From: Octopus vulgaris
Lineage: Eukaryota
Length of the DNA: 64,000 nucleotides
Direction: 5' to 3'
Assembly: GCA_951406725.2 (NCBI GenBank)
Contig: OX597815.1
Coordinates: 173,848,001-173,912,000 of the forward strand
The notes below the pieces were generated by a model, which was not told the DNA's origin, did not search any database, and worked only from the letters and a program-made list of their open reading frames with translations. This document shows, piece after piece, positions 13,258-26,340 of the stretch. Position 1 is the first letter of the stretch; each line of letters begins with the position of its first letter. The translations under genes and the position numbers were made by a program.

Positions 13258-14999
13258 TATCTGTTTCTTTTTGTAGGTAAACAGAAACTGTATGAAAAAC
13301 CCTCATATGTTGAAAATATTAAAATGAATATGAAATGAAGAAATGCAAATTGACAAAAATTAATTTTCTAGAGATATTAAAAACTTTAAATTGCAGTTTT
13401 CCAATGAACAAAGTTATAATAAAAGAAAGAAAAAATTGTCCATCACAAAAGTTGTGCTAACATATTTAATGCAGAGAGTATCTAAGAGACAATTAGAAAA
13501 ATTGTGGTGAGAAAACACAATATTAGTCATTGGTTAATAGTTTTTTTGTTGTTTTTTTTTGTCAAGTACAGAACACTGAACAGGTTTTGATCTTACTAGA
13601 CCTCTTCAGCAAAGCATAGATGCCACTAAACTTACTAAAGTAGTAATGAGAGAACAAATCCTATATTTCAAATGCTGCAAAACTTATCTTTTCACTCTCA
13701 TTAATAGTGCATATCATTCTATGTGAATGACCACTAACCATATTCTCAATATTCTAATTACCAGAAGGAAAAAAAAAACCTTGGAAAAAAAAAAGAAAAA
13801 TTACTTTCAATCTTCTTTAAGAATATCAAGATAATACTTAATAGGCCAGTAATGTACTAGTAAACTTGGTAATTTAATGTATAGAACTTTTTAAAGCCAA
13901 CTTGATTTGACAATTATTTTGGTTTCAATTTTTTAAAAAATAGAGTAAATTTATCAAGAATAGAGTAGCAACAAGCAAAAACTGTAATCACCTTAAAATC
14001 CTTATTCAATCTCTGAAAGCTAATCCATTAAACATTTCATAAATCTTAACTATGTTATCTCCTGCAAGCTATTTTCCTTCACAATGCATTTTATTATCAA
14101 TAAAACATGAATAAACTGAAATTAAATAATGCTAAACCCAATATCAACCAATCTAGATATTCAAAGATTTGCATTAGACAGGATATTAGATTATAGTTCA
14201 TAATTCCATCTCTTGAAATATGAATCATTTTGCTGCTTTGGGTGAAATTACTTACATATCTGAAGTGAAGATATTATCAAGAATATTACTATACTTCTTT
14301 GTAAAAGCAGAATTCTAATATTTGTCAAATTGCATATATAATCAACTGCCTAAGTTTGTACCATAAGTGTAAAATTCATATTCATTCCACACTGTATAGT
14401 AATAACCATATTAAAATAAAAATTATACATGCTCATATTTTGCAGCAATCCTAATTCTGAAATGACTGTACGCATAATATTCAGAATGCAATTCACCCAA
14501 TAACCCCATATATACAATACTAGTCTATTGCAAATAACATCCTTAGAAATACATTATTCTTCAACTAAATGATGTGATGTAAATAGAATCACTTTTCTCA
14601 GTATCATTATGCCTGCAAACATAGATTTGCATGTATACAAATCCTCTCTGTATCAAACCAAGGTTATTATCATCATTATTAGTATATTATCATTCACTGT
14701 ATATTATCATTCACTTGAAATAATTGTGCTGTATAGAACTTATGTTTCTTTTAAAGATGTAGGTGTATATTCTATATTAGTTTACACTGACAAAAGTTGC
14801 AGCTTAAAGCTTCAATAAATGCCTATCAATTGTCCCCAAGATGTCATATCAGTTTTTACTCAGAAGCAAGTAGTAAAATTTCTTGGCAGATATGTTTTGT
14901 AAATTACAATCCCAAAATAATAAATGCTCTGCTGATAGCTATTAGGGAGTTGTGATAAAAATTCATTTGTTTACAAGGTGAGCTGAGTTGAAATCATTC

Positions 15000-15640
15000 A
15001 GATAAATTTCCTTTAAATGTAAACTGACTATAAACAGAGAAAATTCTGAAAAAATGTTGGGAAAAGATCAGGAGACATGGATTCTGAGAGTAAAGGGTAG
15101 ATTCTCTAGGAATCTGACATAATGACACTAAGCATGAAAGAGGTTGTGGAGGTTTGAATCAAGTTGCTAATCTTAAATAGATGAGTAACATTAAGCTTGA
15201 GGTTCTTATTAATATCTGATTTAATACTTAAATATTAAGGTATTTTATAGGTTTACTTTTAATTCTGCAAAATTTGCTTATTTGTAAGAGAAAAATATAG
15301 CAAAGCAAATGAAAGTTTATATGTAGCTGCAGGTGATAGCAAGAGAATTCTAAATGAAATAAAAGAAAACTGAGAGATGGCAGTCTACAGAGTTGGAAAC
15401 AACCCTGTTTACATATATCTGGGGAAAAGTAGTCATTTCAAGTAAATAACTTAGGATACAATCCATGAGTCAGGGATTTTGGGTAGATTTTCATACCAGA
15501 CAGGATCAAAATGCTTTGCTGATTCCTTACTATAATAAGATTGCTTTCAAAGAATAAAAGCTGCAATAACATCAACATTTTCTAAGCTTTGACATTCTGT
15601 CAAAGTTACATCTTGGATCCATTCTATATAATCAATCAAA
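15000..15640 (-). mobile_element. Very decayed CR1/Jockey-like LINE RT fragment
   Basis: Minus strand near 15530-15440 retains an SKAF/DPVW...HGLYPKLFT remnant of the D.SKAFD.VWH motif; boundaries approximate. Confidence 0.45.
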
Positions 15641-15794
15641 TCATTTCTTTAACCTAAATTTCCTCTGATCATGTCAAAAGTAGACAGTTTTGATAACAAC
15701 TATAACTCTCAACAAACCAGCTATTCTTGCTTTAGCATAGCTAGTTTTCTCCATTTTCATTTTCTGTCAATTTTTCATTAAAGTTTTTACTTCT

Positions 15795-16180
15795 TTTTTA
15801 TATCTTTTACTTGTCTCAGTTGTTGGAATGCAGCCATGCTGGGCACCACCTTGAAGGCTTTAGTCAAACAAATCAACCATAGTACTTATTTTTGAAATCA
15901 GGTACTTGTTCTACTGGTGTCCTTTGATGAAGCCATTAAGTTATAGGAACATAAACAAGTCAACAGTGGTCATCAAACAATGGAGAGAGATACGCAGTGA
16001 GAGAGAGGAGTGGAGACACACACACACATAGTGTCTATGTACTAAATTCACTCACAAGGCATTGGTTGGCTCAGGGTTATAATAGAAGACACTTGCCAAA
16101 GATGCCATTCAGTAGGACTGAACCCAAAATCATGTGGTTGCATAGTGAACTTCTTACCCACAGAGCTATGTCTGTGCCTA
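15795..16180 (-). mobile_element. tRNA-derived CORE-like SINE (same family as 21871-22258)
   Basis: Shares the cttttacttg...gccatgctgggcaccacc tail and the gaagacacttgcc...aggactgaaccc...cttacccacagagc head. Confidence 0.85.
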
Positions 16181-18579
16181 TAATTCTTTAACATTTAAAA
16201 TAAAAAACATTGTTTTTATAACATGAATACATTTCATAATTTATTCAATAACACAAACAATACTTATTTGTTCACATTTCCTATAGGAGACAAGAACTGT
16301 ATCTAATATGATAATAATGTATTCCAGGATCTACAAAACTCATATGCTATTTATCAAGATTAAATACTTTACAAAATCCAAACATCTGTTACAAATTTTT
16401 CATTATTCTATTTTGTTGTTGAAGTACATAAGAAATTACAAATTATTTTTGAAGTAGCTCAGTAAACCCTTGCACAAACTCTTCTTCCATACATAGTTTA
16501 CATGCTCTCAAACTTTTAAAGTTAAAACAATACATACTGAACCCCTATCCAGTCATTAGATATTCCTACATTCATTATCTATGTTCTAGTTATTTAGCAT
16601 CATATTTCTTACTCCTACTTTCATATGACTACTATTTCCAGAAAGAAAATCCTTTGTTATGAAAAACAATAGCAGTCCTTCAATTTTTTATGTAAATTTA
16701 TATTTTAATCATGCTTTTTTAGGTCACTTCTGTTCATGTTATTAGTTACTATGACTAGTGCACCTGACATTTTTGCTCCTTGTTAAGCTGCATCATTTGA
16801 TGCAATGGTTAAAATCGCTTATCTTTTCTAAATGACTTAAGGCAATATAACAATCTTGAAAAATTCCTTTACAAAAACAAATATTAAGTCACCAAGGATA
16901 TTAGATTCAATCTGCATAAAGTGATTATCTAATTTGTAATCATTAGAATATATATCTAAGTCAAGAATCTATAAAATGATATAATTCAAATAACCAACTA
17001 CTAAGAGAAAATTATTCATGTTCAAACAAATGTAGATTGATTTAAAATGTTAACAGTAAATGTACTTCATCTGATTCACTTCAGTTTAGAAAAAAAAAAC
17101 CATTCTACAAGTTAGAATTTATACTAACAAAGTCCAACAGAAAAATTCTTTGCTCTGGCAGGAAATCAAACAATCAGCATAAAAATAAACACTAATAATA
17201 AACTTTTGATAGCGAAAAAAGGAGATATAGTTTGGGCTACAATATGATCTTAAAAGGATGACTATGCTACATGTTTCTATCATATGCAAATTTAGCCAGA
17301 GAAGAATAGAACTGAACAATATGCAAACTAATTCCCAAGCTTATTCCTTTCAACTAGGTCAAAAAGCCAAAAAACTGTCAAAAGGACAAAAATATACACA
17401 TGTTCCAGAGACAGACGAAGAGTTTTGTTTATATATACATGTGTGTATGTGCAACACACACACCCATATAGCAAATTTCTTAATGTTACATTTTTAGACA
17501 ACTGAAATTACTCCTGAAGGCTCGTGTGAAAGTTTGTTTCAGTAAGTCTTGGCCTTGAAATGGAGAAAATCTGACGTTCCTTTTTAATTTACATTTTAGT
17601 AATGAAAATCTCATATTTTCAAAAGTTGAATAAGCAGTAGAATGAACTAGAAATTGTATTTTTATATAATAATAACAGGATGGAAAGTAATTTGCCCCAA
17701 ATTAATATGAATTGATATTGTACACTGATTAAGATGAGTAACAGAACTTCCAAAGATGTATCAGGCAAATGACAAGAGATTATTCAAGTTTCAAGTTTTC
17801 CTCTTTCTCCCTCTTTTTTTATTTATATTTTTGTTTGTTTGTTCATTTTGTTGGCAGTGGACTTTGAAAGTTATTCTATGATAACTTTAAAACTAAATTG
17901 CAAATTTAAGTAAAATGTCTTAAACATAGGTACAAGGCCAAAAATTTCAAGGTAGGGGACTAATTGATTACTTCAACTCCAGTGCTTGATTAGTACTGTA
18001 TTTAATTGACCCTGAAAGGTTGAAAGGCTAAGTTAACCATATATTTCAACTCAGACTGTAAAGAGCAAGAATAAATACAGTAAAGCATTATGACTGATGC
18101 TCTAGCTTGTCTGTGAATTCTTGATAACAAGTGACTGCAATCTTATCCATTTAACCAAATGATTTTCCAGAAATTTTTCTTTGCATTAGCTGAGCAAATA
18201 AGTAAGACACATACCATACAATTTATACTAAAACGTCCTTTTTTAAGAATATGGACTATTGTTTGCCTAGAAAGGTCAAACAAAAACATACAAAATATTC
18301 ATATATCCACTGACAACTAGTATATATTTAAAATTATGCCAGAGTCAACTTCACCTGTATTCTTATAGGATCAATAAAATAAGTACCAATCCAAAACAGT
18401 TGGGGGTAAGGGAGATATAATGGATTGATTCTATTATATTCTGAAATGATGTACCCCTCTGCTTATAACATAAATATATATTTACTGTCTTTACATTCAA
18501 GTCAGCCAATTTCTATTTAAAGGAGAAAAAAAGAAAACTTTTGAATCTATTGTACAAACAGAAAATATGGATAAAATCA

Positions 18580-19678
18580 AAAGCCGAGCAAAAATATTGA
18601 CAATGTTGATCTTAAAATGCACACGTAGAGACTCGACCTGCGAGAAATAACAGCAAAACCTCTCTTAATTCATACTCTACAGTCTCAGAAAATTAAGGAC
18701 ATACTAGATAATGCCAACCTGACCAAACAGACAAGATGGTTAGGCTGGAATATCTTTGATAATCTCGATAAGAGTTAACCTGTGGCTAAACAAACATCTA
18801 TATCGACACTAAACTCACTGAAAATAGAATATAAAGAAGTTTGATCATAATACTCGTTTAAAATAACCAATAACAAAGTTAATGTGACTAAATAGCTGAC
18901 AGATTAAAAACAAATATATAATCCTATTTTGATTAATTCTTAATAGGATATAAACATTTCCTCAGGGTCATTCATGGAAATTATTTCCTATCAAATGCGT
19001 TTATGACTAGTGTTATAAATATATATATATATATATATAAGCATCATTGGGTATGAATTTTATTCGCATGAATAATATGCAATCAGAATGTGTGCGTGTT
19101 TGACAAAATATGAGTACGGCAATTGTAAGGGAGAGTAAATATTGAGTAAATAAATATATGCACGTGAAAAGCATCTGTGCGCACGTGCGTGTGTGTGTGT
19201 ATACGTGCACACGCGCAACTACCAAATGCCTACTGGTGAAGATATAAACTCGTTTAAGAATGCATGAAGGCAACGTATTATGTATGGAAAAAGAATAGGT
19301 ATGTGTGCGAAAGTATTACTGAGAACGCAAAAAGAGTACGCACGTCTGTAAAAAGTGAAACTAAAGGGGCGTTTGAGTGCATACACAGACCGTATGCAAA
19401 TGCAATAATATGCGCATGCATGTATGTATGATGTTCCCTAAAAATACTTGATGCAAACATTTGTTTGCTGTACTTGTCAACTCGGAAAAACAAATTTTCG
19501 TTTTGCCTATTAAAATCACATTAAAACAAATCACAAAATTTTAAAATATTTAAAACATCCGTATAAAAAAAACAAAAACAAGAAACCCTTTCTAATAATA
19601 AGGTATATATGTGTGTGTGCGTAATGTTCGAATACACATATGATACAACATTGTTTAAATGAGACTTTTTTGAGAATT

Positions 19679-19722
<44 letters not shown>

Positions 19723-21250
19723 CGTTTCAATTAACAAATGAGAGAAAAAGTACTCAATACATGTGTGTGTACACATGTAATCAAAGTGAATTACTAGCTT
19801 CCGACCTAACGAAAGATCCTCTGCAAAATCGCCCAACATGCTAGAAATAACAGTCAAATCTCCTTTAAATGTCATCCTACCGTCTGATAAAAAAGGATGA
19901 CAAACTGAACAAAGTAATCCCAGGTATACAAAATGACGGGATGGTCGCGGTTAGAACACCTTTGATTATAGGTCTGATCGATCAGGGCTGACCCCAGGTT
20001 AAAATAACAAGAACACCTACGAGCTTTTGAACAATTCTGAAATTACTTCAACTAAACTAATTGAATATTACATATATTGTACATATTTCAACAATGAAGG
20101 AAGTACAAGAACTAACTATACAGGGAGTACAAATACTAACTTTCTTGAAACTTACCTTTTGTTTTGCGAACGTAAACACGATTAATCAAAGCAGCCATAG
20201 TTTCTCCATTAAAATAAACCGCTAATCCAAATCTACTAGAAAATAATCAATGTATCTCTCTTCTCAAAGTTAATCGCTTCTAAAGAATGTTGAGTAATAG
20301 GGTTCGTCGTGGTAAGGTGTTCAATTCTACTGTCATGCACCATAGTCCTAGTGCAAACGTCGCTGATGAGTAAACAGTAACAGTAATTCTTTTAAATAAC
20401 AATATTTTTAAAATCTTTAGTGGAGTAAACAATTTTTTAATAACATACACAGGTCATTCTGCACTAACCGTACCCAAACTTTCAAAATAACCACTTAGCC
20501 GAACCATTTTTTGCGACTATTGTCATTCAAATTGAACTACACACACAGGCTAACAGATACACATACACAAAGTGATAGCAGTTTTGGTGGTATTAGAAAT
20601 ATGCCAGGTTATGCCTGATGCACTCGAAGATAAAGCACGCTACTTTAACAGCATCACACTCGATAAAGTGGAAAAGTTTAGATGACCATAGCATGTGAAC
20701 CAGAAGGCAATTTATCAGGGAAAAGGATAAACTATAATTTGTTCCCTGTGGGGCCCCAATAGAGTAAATAAAGATATAGTCATTCTTTTCATGGTTATCT
20801 GTGATGTATGTCACTATCTAATAGGATGACAAACAGTTATGAATGAAAAGGAAGAGAGAAAGAAAAGCGGAAAGAAATATTCAGCACTAGACTGACATGC
20901 GATTAAATAAAGGCTGGACAATGTACTACTAGCAACATTATATATTTAAAATATATTTTATATGCATAAGTTTTATGCACTCAAGTAAACGTTGAATCCT
21001 TTGCAGAGAGATGGGAACTGAATGACCCGAAGCTGAAACTATGACAGTCACCATGTGTTAAGCGTTGACACTACTGACTGAAGTTTGTTTATAGTCGGGT
21101 TGGCTGACTACTAAATTAGGATAGCTTTTAAGGAATCGTTTTATTTCTTGATTTACAAAAGTTACAAACTACAGAAGTGTTCGTAGATTTCTGTTTTCGA
21201 AAAATACAATAACACGAAGGAGAATTTATAAAAATGTAAATATTTTAACC
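18580..21250. promoter_or_regulatory. CpG-retaining, probably unmethylated promoter/first-exon region
   Basis: CG dinucleotides are visibly more frequent here than in the CpG-depleted flanks (estimated by eye); centred on the candidate first exon at 20156-20350. Confidence 0.5.
20156..20198 (-). CDS. Coding part of a candidate first exon, MAALINRVYVRKTK(G); product unknown, possibly a uORF
   Basis: aactATGG start context at 20198; 14 codons + 1 nt, then the consensus donor AAG|GTAAGT; lies in CpG-retaining unique sequence. Confidence 0.55.
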
Positions 21251-21870
21251 TACAATAATTTATTTCTAGGACGAGAAAGGAATTCTTGTTGAATTGTTTT
21301 CACAAATCATCTAGGTTTTCCTTTATACAGAAAAAGGTTATAAAATGGAGATTATGAAGCAGTGGCTTTCAAGCTTCTGACTTAGCTTGTAAAATATATG
21401 GTTAACACTGTGCTTAACAAAATTGCAATTAATATTTACAAGCATACAAAAAAGAAAAAAAAATACAGATTATTAACGACTGAAGTGTAGAAAAAAAAGA
21501 AAAAAAAAACTAAATATTCTGCACCCTATCTTTCGTAATATTTCATAACAACCCACTAATTTTACATTCTTTCAAAAGAGAATTTTCCAAGTGAATCTGA
21601 ATATCAGACATGCTTTAGTGTATCAAAAATAGATTTTTTTTAGTAGTAACAGCAGATATTAAAGGTTTATCATAAATTCAAAGATATTTCCTGTAGCTAC
21701 ATATTCAACATATTTTACCATCATATTTTTCAACAGAAGTATTTTAGAAGAATTCATGCGTCGACAATAACCAAAGTCCTAAGTTCACGATTATTTTCTC
21801 CCAAAAGATTTTTTTAATCATTGAATGTCTTGGGGGGAGAAGGGCTTGAATTAACTGAGCAATTTGCTAT

Positions 21871-22258
21871 ACTCTTTTACTTGTTTCAGTCATTTGACTG
21901 CGGCCATGCTGGAGCACCGCCTTTAGTCGAGCAAATCGACCACGGGACTTATTCTTTGTAAGCCCAGTACTTATTCTATCGGTCACTTTTGCCGAACCGC
22001 TAAGTGACGGGGACGTAAACACACTAGCATCGGTTGTCAAGCAATGCTAGGGGGACAAACACACACACACACATACATATATATATATACATATATACGA
22101 CAGGCTTCTTTCAGTTTCCGTCTACCAAATCCACTCACAAGGCATTGGTCGGCCCGGGGCTATAGCAGAAGACACTTGTCCAAGATGCCACTCAGTGGGA
22201 CTGAACCCGGTACCATGTGGTTGGTTAGCAAGCTACTTACCACACAGCCACTCCTGCG
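21871..22258 (-). mobile_element. Well-preserved tRNA-derived CORE-like SINE (major family in this window)
   Basis: Minus-strand head GCGCAGGAGTGGCTGTGTGGTAAG...GGGTTCAGTCCC (A/B boxes), CORE-like cttggacaagtgtcttc, internal (TA)/(TG) microsatellite, tail ...GAAACAAGTAAAAGAG; CpGs retained. Confidence 0.92.
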
Positions 22259-22880
22259 CTATGAAAATATTTGCAGTGTAACTTCACCAGTTACCTTTCG
22301 TGTTAACTTCTCTTGCAATGAAAAAATTCAAAATATATCGTAACTAACGAGAATCTATGTGGTAGAAACAGCAGCTAAATAACCCATAACTTACACCTAT
22401 CATCATAAGAATGGAATGACACACTAAATGGTATAGTCCAAAATCCATTAGACCAAATGAACTGGAATGATCACAGCTGAATGCTTTTGGTCTGATTAAT
22501 TAAGACTGACATGGTGCTAAACAACATGCAAGCTTTTTGCAGCACATATTTAGGATTCTTACATATAATTGTGTAGAACAAAAACTATATTAATAATAAT
22601 TATTTCAATTTCATATACTACTTTCCAATGCAGAATAAAATGAAATTCTACAATAATTTAGACTTCAGTAGTAATAAAAAGTAAATTAGCAAATAGCACC
22701 CAAAAATTGTTAGAAATTAAGAAAGCAAAATTTATACTAACACAAATCAATAGGAATGCATTTAAATTCCATGTTTCTCCTACTGCAATCAGGCTAAGAA
22801 ATTGTTTGGATTTAAGAGAAATTGTAAACTGGATAACAAGGCCTTTCAACGGAAATCCCCTGTATGAGATATTAAAATAC

Positions 22881-22972
22881 CTTGCTGTTGAATCACTGTA
22901 ATTTCCAGGAATTTAGAACTTGTAATTTCACAAATAGTTTCGAGTCTTTCTAACATTACTTTCATCCCACAA
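22881..22972 (-). other. Candidate 92-nt exon
   Basis: Acceptor tttattttAG| and donor CAAG|GTATTT; one open frame CGMKVMLERLETICEITSSKFLEITVIQQQ; no recognised homology. Confidence 0.35.
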
Positions 22973-24479
22973 CTAAAATAAATCATAGTTAATTGCTTCA
23001 AAGTAAAATTACTATTATTTCCAATAACCTTTTTTTTTTCCTTTTTTTTTTGCATGTATTAATGGGAAATAAGCTGGTTAAATATGAGAATTTTGAAAGG
23101 GAAAAATTTAGTAAATGAAAGAAAGGAAATTACTAAGATATAGAAGATAGAGTGAAATACAAGTTAAAAGCCACAAAAGAAATCTTGAAAACTTAATTTT
23201 GTAAAAATGATTAATTTTTACATCAATGTTTATAACTCAGGTGACAATTTTCCTTTGGAATTCAGGTTTATCTTTTACCAATTTAAATTGTGATGGTTTT
23301 ACAACTTCTTCTAAATGAAAATTTAATAACTTATATTCTTCAAAATATCAACACAGATTATTAAGATTATGCAATATCTCTGAGAAGTTCAAGAAAAAAT
23401 TGCTTTTCAGTTGCTTCTATAGTGGATCTTTCAGTTACAGTTCATACACTGAATCATTAGTCTTTTAAACAATTTGAGCAATCAGATATCAAAGGAATTT
23501 GCTAATTAATGTAATAAAGGAATTTAAATCAAAATATGAGACTAGAATACAATACACTACAAGGTTTGGTATTGCAATCAACTTTTCTTTAATACTGCAT
23601 CTGCAATTTATCCAATATAGAAGCAAGAGATTTAGTTATGTCTTCTTGAGAACATGGCAATCTCTCCAGTGCTGGTACCATGATAAAATACACTCTGTAA
23701 AACAGTTGATGTAGAACTATAAGAAACCCTACCAAAACAGGGAAGATGTACTTCCCATCCTGACCTATCTAGGAGAACAGTTAAGTCTGAGCAGAAGTGG
23801 ACATGGACTGTAATAATCCATCTAATGCATGTCAGCATGGCAAGTGAAGATAAAAATAATGATAATGATGTTTCACAATGTACATAGTTATACTAGAGGT
23901 AGGTAAACCTGCATTGCAACCTGCATTTTTCAATACAAGTCTTTGAAACTTAATTTGTGTGTCATTTCTTTTCTAAAATCATCAGTACATGTTTGGGGGT
24001 CACCTCAGCCAATAATTGTTTTTTAATCAAAGCATCTTGCCGCATCAACATTCTTATCGATGATAAAATAAAGTCTTTTTAAAGAAGTCTTATTGCTAAC
24101 AGATTGTATTCACCTAGCATGTTAATTAGTCGGTGCATTTCTCATAAACTTTCTTAAAATCTTTATAACTCATTTGCTTAAGATATTTTGAAAAGGACTT
24201 AAAGAAATTCACAATAATTTTACTCTTCAATAAAATTTATTACAGCATTAAGGCTGAATTTTTTGTTTGTGGATTAACTAGCCAATCCAATCCAGAGCAG
24301 GAGCCAAGACACGACCCTGACAGACCCCAGATATAACTGGGAAAATGTCAGATGTTGAATCTCCAATCCAAACTGCACTGCACTGTACAAGGCCATCATC
24401 AGCCCAATCAGAATTCTCCAAAGCACATCCACTAAGTCAAATGTCTTGTGGAGGTTGACATAGGCTGCAAGGAGCCCCT

Positions 24480-24978
24480 GCTGAAAGCTCTGCTAGCATT
24501 CAATGAATACACAATATCTGTGCAGGAGGACGAAGTTTTGAGTCTTTAGGTCTCTGGTTCTCCCTGTCCTGCTCTATAGATGTCCTTAGGAACCACATGA
24601 ACTCCTTTAGTACCAGGATGCTTTGCAGGATTATGGGTTACAATTTGGTTAGATTTTCTGTCCAACCAAATGACTCTACTTAGAAATTTGGATGCGTCCT
24701 GTGACATATGATTTGGAAGTGCCAGCTCAGACTGCCTAGCCATTTATTTGATTTTCCAAGTTAGACCCTGCTTAGCATGTTCTATTCACTGAGGACCCAG
24801 CTGAGATGATGGCACATGTTGGTATGCTACATGATCATGGCAAATGAGGAAGTATCTTGTGGAGATGGGGACTGACTGGAACTCTGCTCAATAGGTTGCC
24901 CAGGAGGACCTGGAACAAATGATGAATGCATCAATGTACTGTAATGAAGCATGCCACTACATCTGACCTGAATAAACT
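24480..24978 (+). mobile_element. Decayed RTE LINE 3' fragment (second subfamily)
   Basis: Plus-strand remnants FRSLVLPVLLY, SFSTRMLCRIMGY and MGTDWNSAQ*VAQ match the RTE post-RT motifs LLYG.E.W, R.LR.I.G..W.D and A.DR..W. Confidence 0.7.
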
Positions 24979-25492
24979 AGCAAGACATTATTGTAAATAG
25001 TTCAGAGCACAATAACGAAAAACAATTTTGAAGCTTTAAAAACGATATGAAACCACAGCTACTATAGTTACACTAAACCATGCTTACATACTATTAAAGA
25101 TGCAACAATTCAAAAATAAATAAATTTGCAACACTCAGACATTTTATACTTCAAGCCTAGTTATTCTTATACATACATACAAAAACATACTAGTTCAACT
25201 TAGTTAAATTGTAGTTTTCTTTTAAAGAATTTTTTCACGTGCGATTAAATCAGTCTAGTTTCTTTGTACTGTACTTCAACATATGTAAGGTTGTTTTACT
25301 TTTAAAATATTTTTCCGTGTGATATGCAGATTGTGATATCAATTTGTTTCTATGATTATTTTCCTTTTTTTTTCAATATTTTCTTGACATTTTCCATCTC
25401 AGTTTTGATATTTTGAATTATCTTTCTTTTTCAAATTATATTTTTAAAGTCTATACTTTACCAATACTTTTTATCCATATTCAGCACACAGA

Positions 25493-25529
<37 letters not shown>

Positions 25530-25532
<3 letters not shown>

Positions 25533-25672
25533 ATGAATGGATATGTGTAGATAAGAAGTTTGTTCCTCAACCACATGATTTCAGGTTCAGTCCAACTTTA
25601 TGATTGTGGCACTTTGGGTAAGTGTCTTCTACTATAGCTCCAGACTGACCAGAACCTAGTGAGAGGATTTAG
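25530..25672 (+). mobile_element. SINE 5' fragment (CORE-like family)
   Basis: caaccacatgatttcaggttcagtcc...gtggcactttgggtaagtgtcttctactatagc. Confidence 0.75.
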
Positions 25673-25739
25673 CTTTTTACTTCCATTTTTAAATACTGGG
25701 ACTTTGGAGCACTATAGTTTTTTGATGCCTAATTTCTAA

Positions 25740-26340
25740 AAAAAAATATGAAAATGGGAAATATATTCAAAATAAATGAAGTATGCAAAAAATTAGGAAG
25801 ACATCTATTTTTGAATATTTTATACTAAAAAATAAAACACAGAAAAAGAGCACTTGTGAATATAAACAAACGTGTCAGACGATGTATCAGATATTATTAA
25901 TGATATGAGGGGCTCGACAATAACTTTTGCAAATTCTTGATAGTTTTTAATCAGATTTTTTTTTACTGCACACACTGGTTAGGGTTAGGATTAGGTGGTG
26001 TGGACTTGCTTTACCTTCACCCATTTTATGATGTGATATTTCCTGTTCAGGCACAAAATTTGACATAATGGTATATATAAGTTATAAACTGACTTTTAAG
26101 GAAAAGATTATGAAACGGTCTTCTTACAATTCGCTGATGATATTGTCGAGCCCTTTGTATCATTAATAATATCTGATTGGTAAAAGTAAGTTATCATCTG
26201 ACATGTTTATTTATATTTGCATGTGCCCATTTTCTGTATATTATTTTTTAGTATAAAATATTTAAAAATAGATGAATCTTCCTAATTTTTTGCATGCTTC
26301 ATTTATTTTGGATATATTTCCCATTTTTGCAACTTTTTTT
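25740..26340. mobile_element. Foldback/MITE-like element with ~180-200-bp inverted arms
   Basis: 25741-25922 (aaaatgggaaatatattcaaaataaatgaagtatgcaaaaaattaggaag...gggctcgacaata) is the reverse complement of 26140-26340. Confidence 0.85.
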
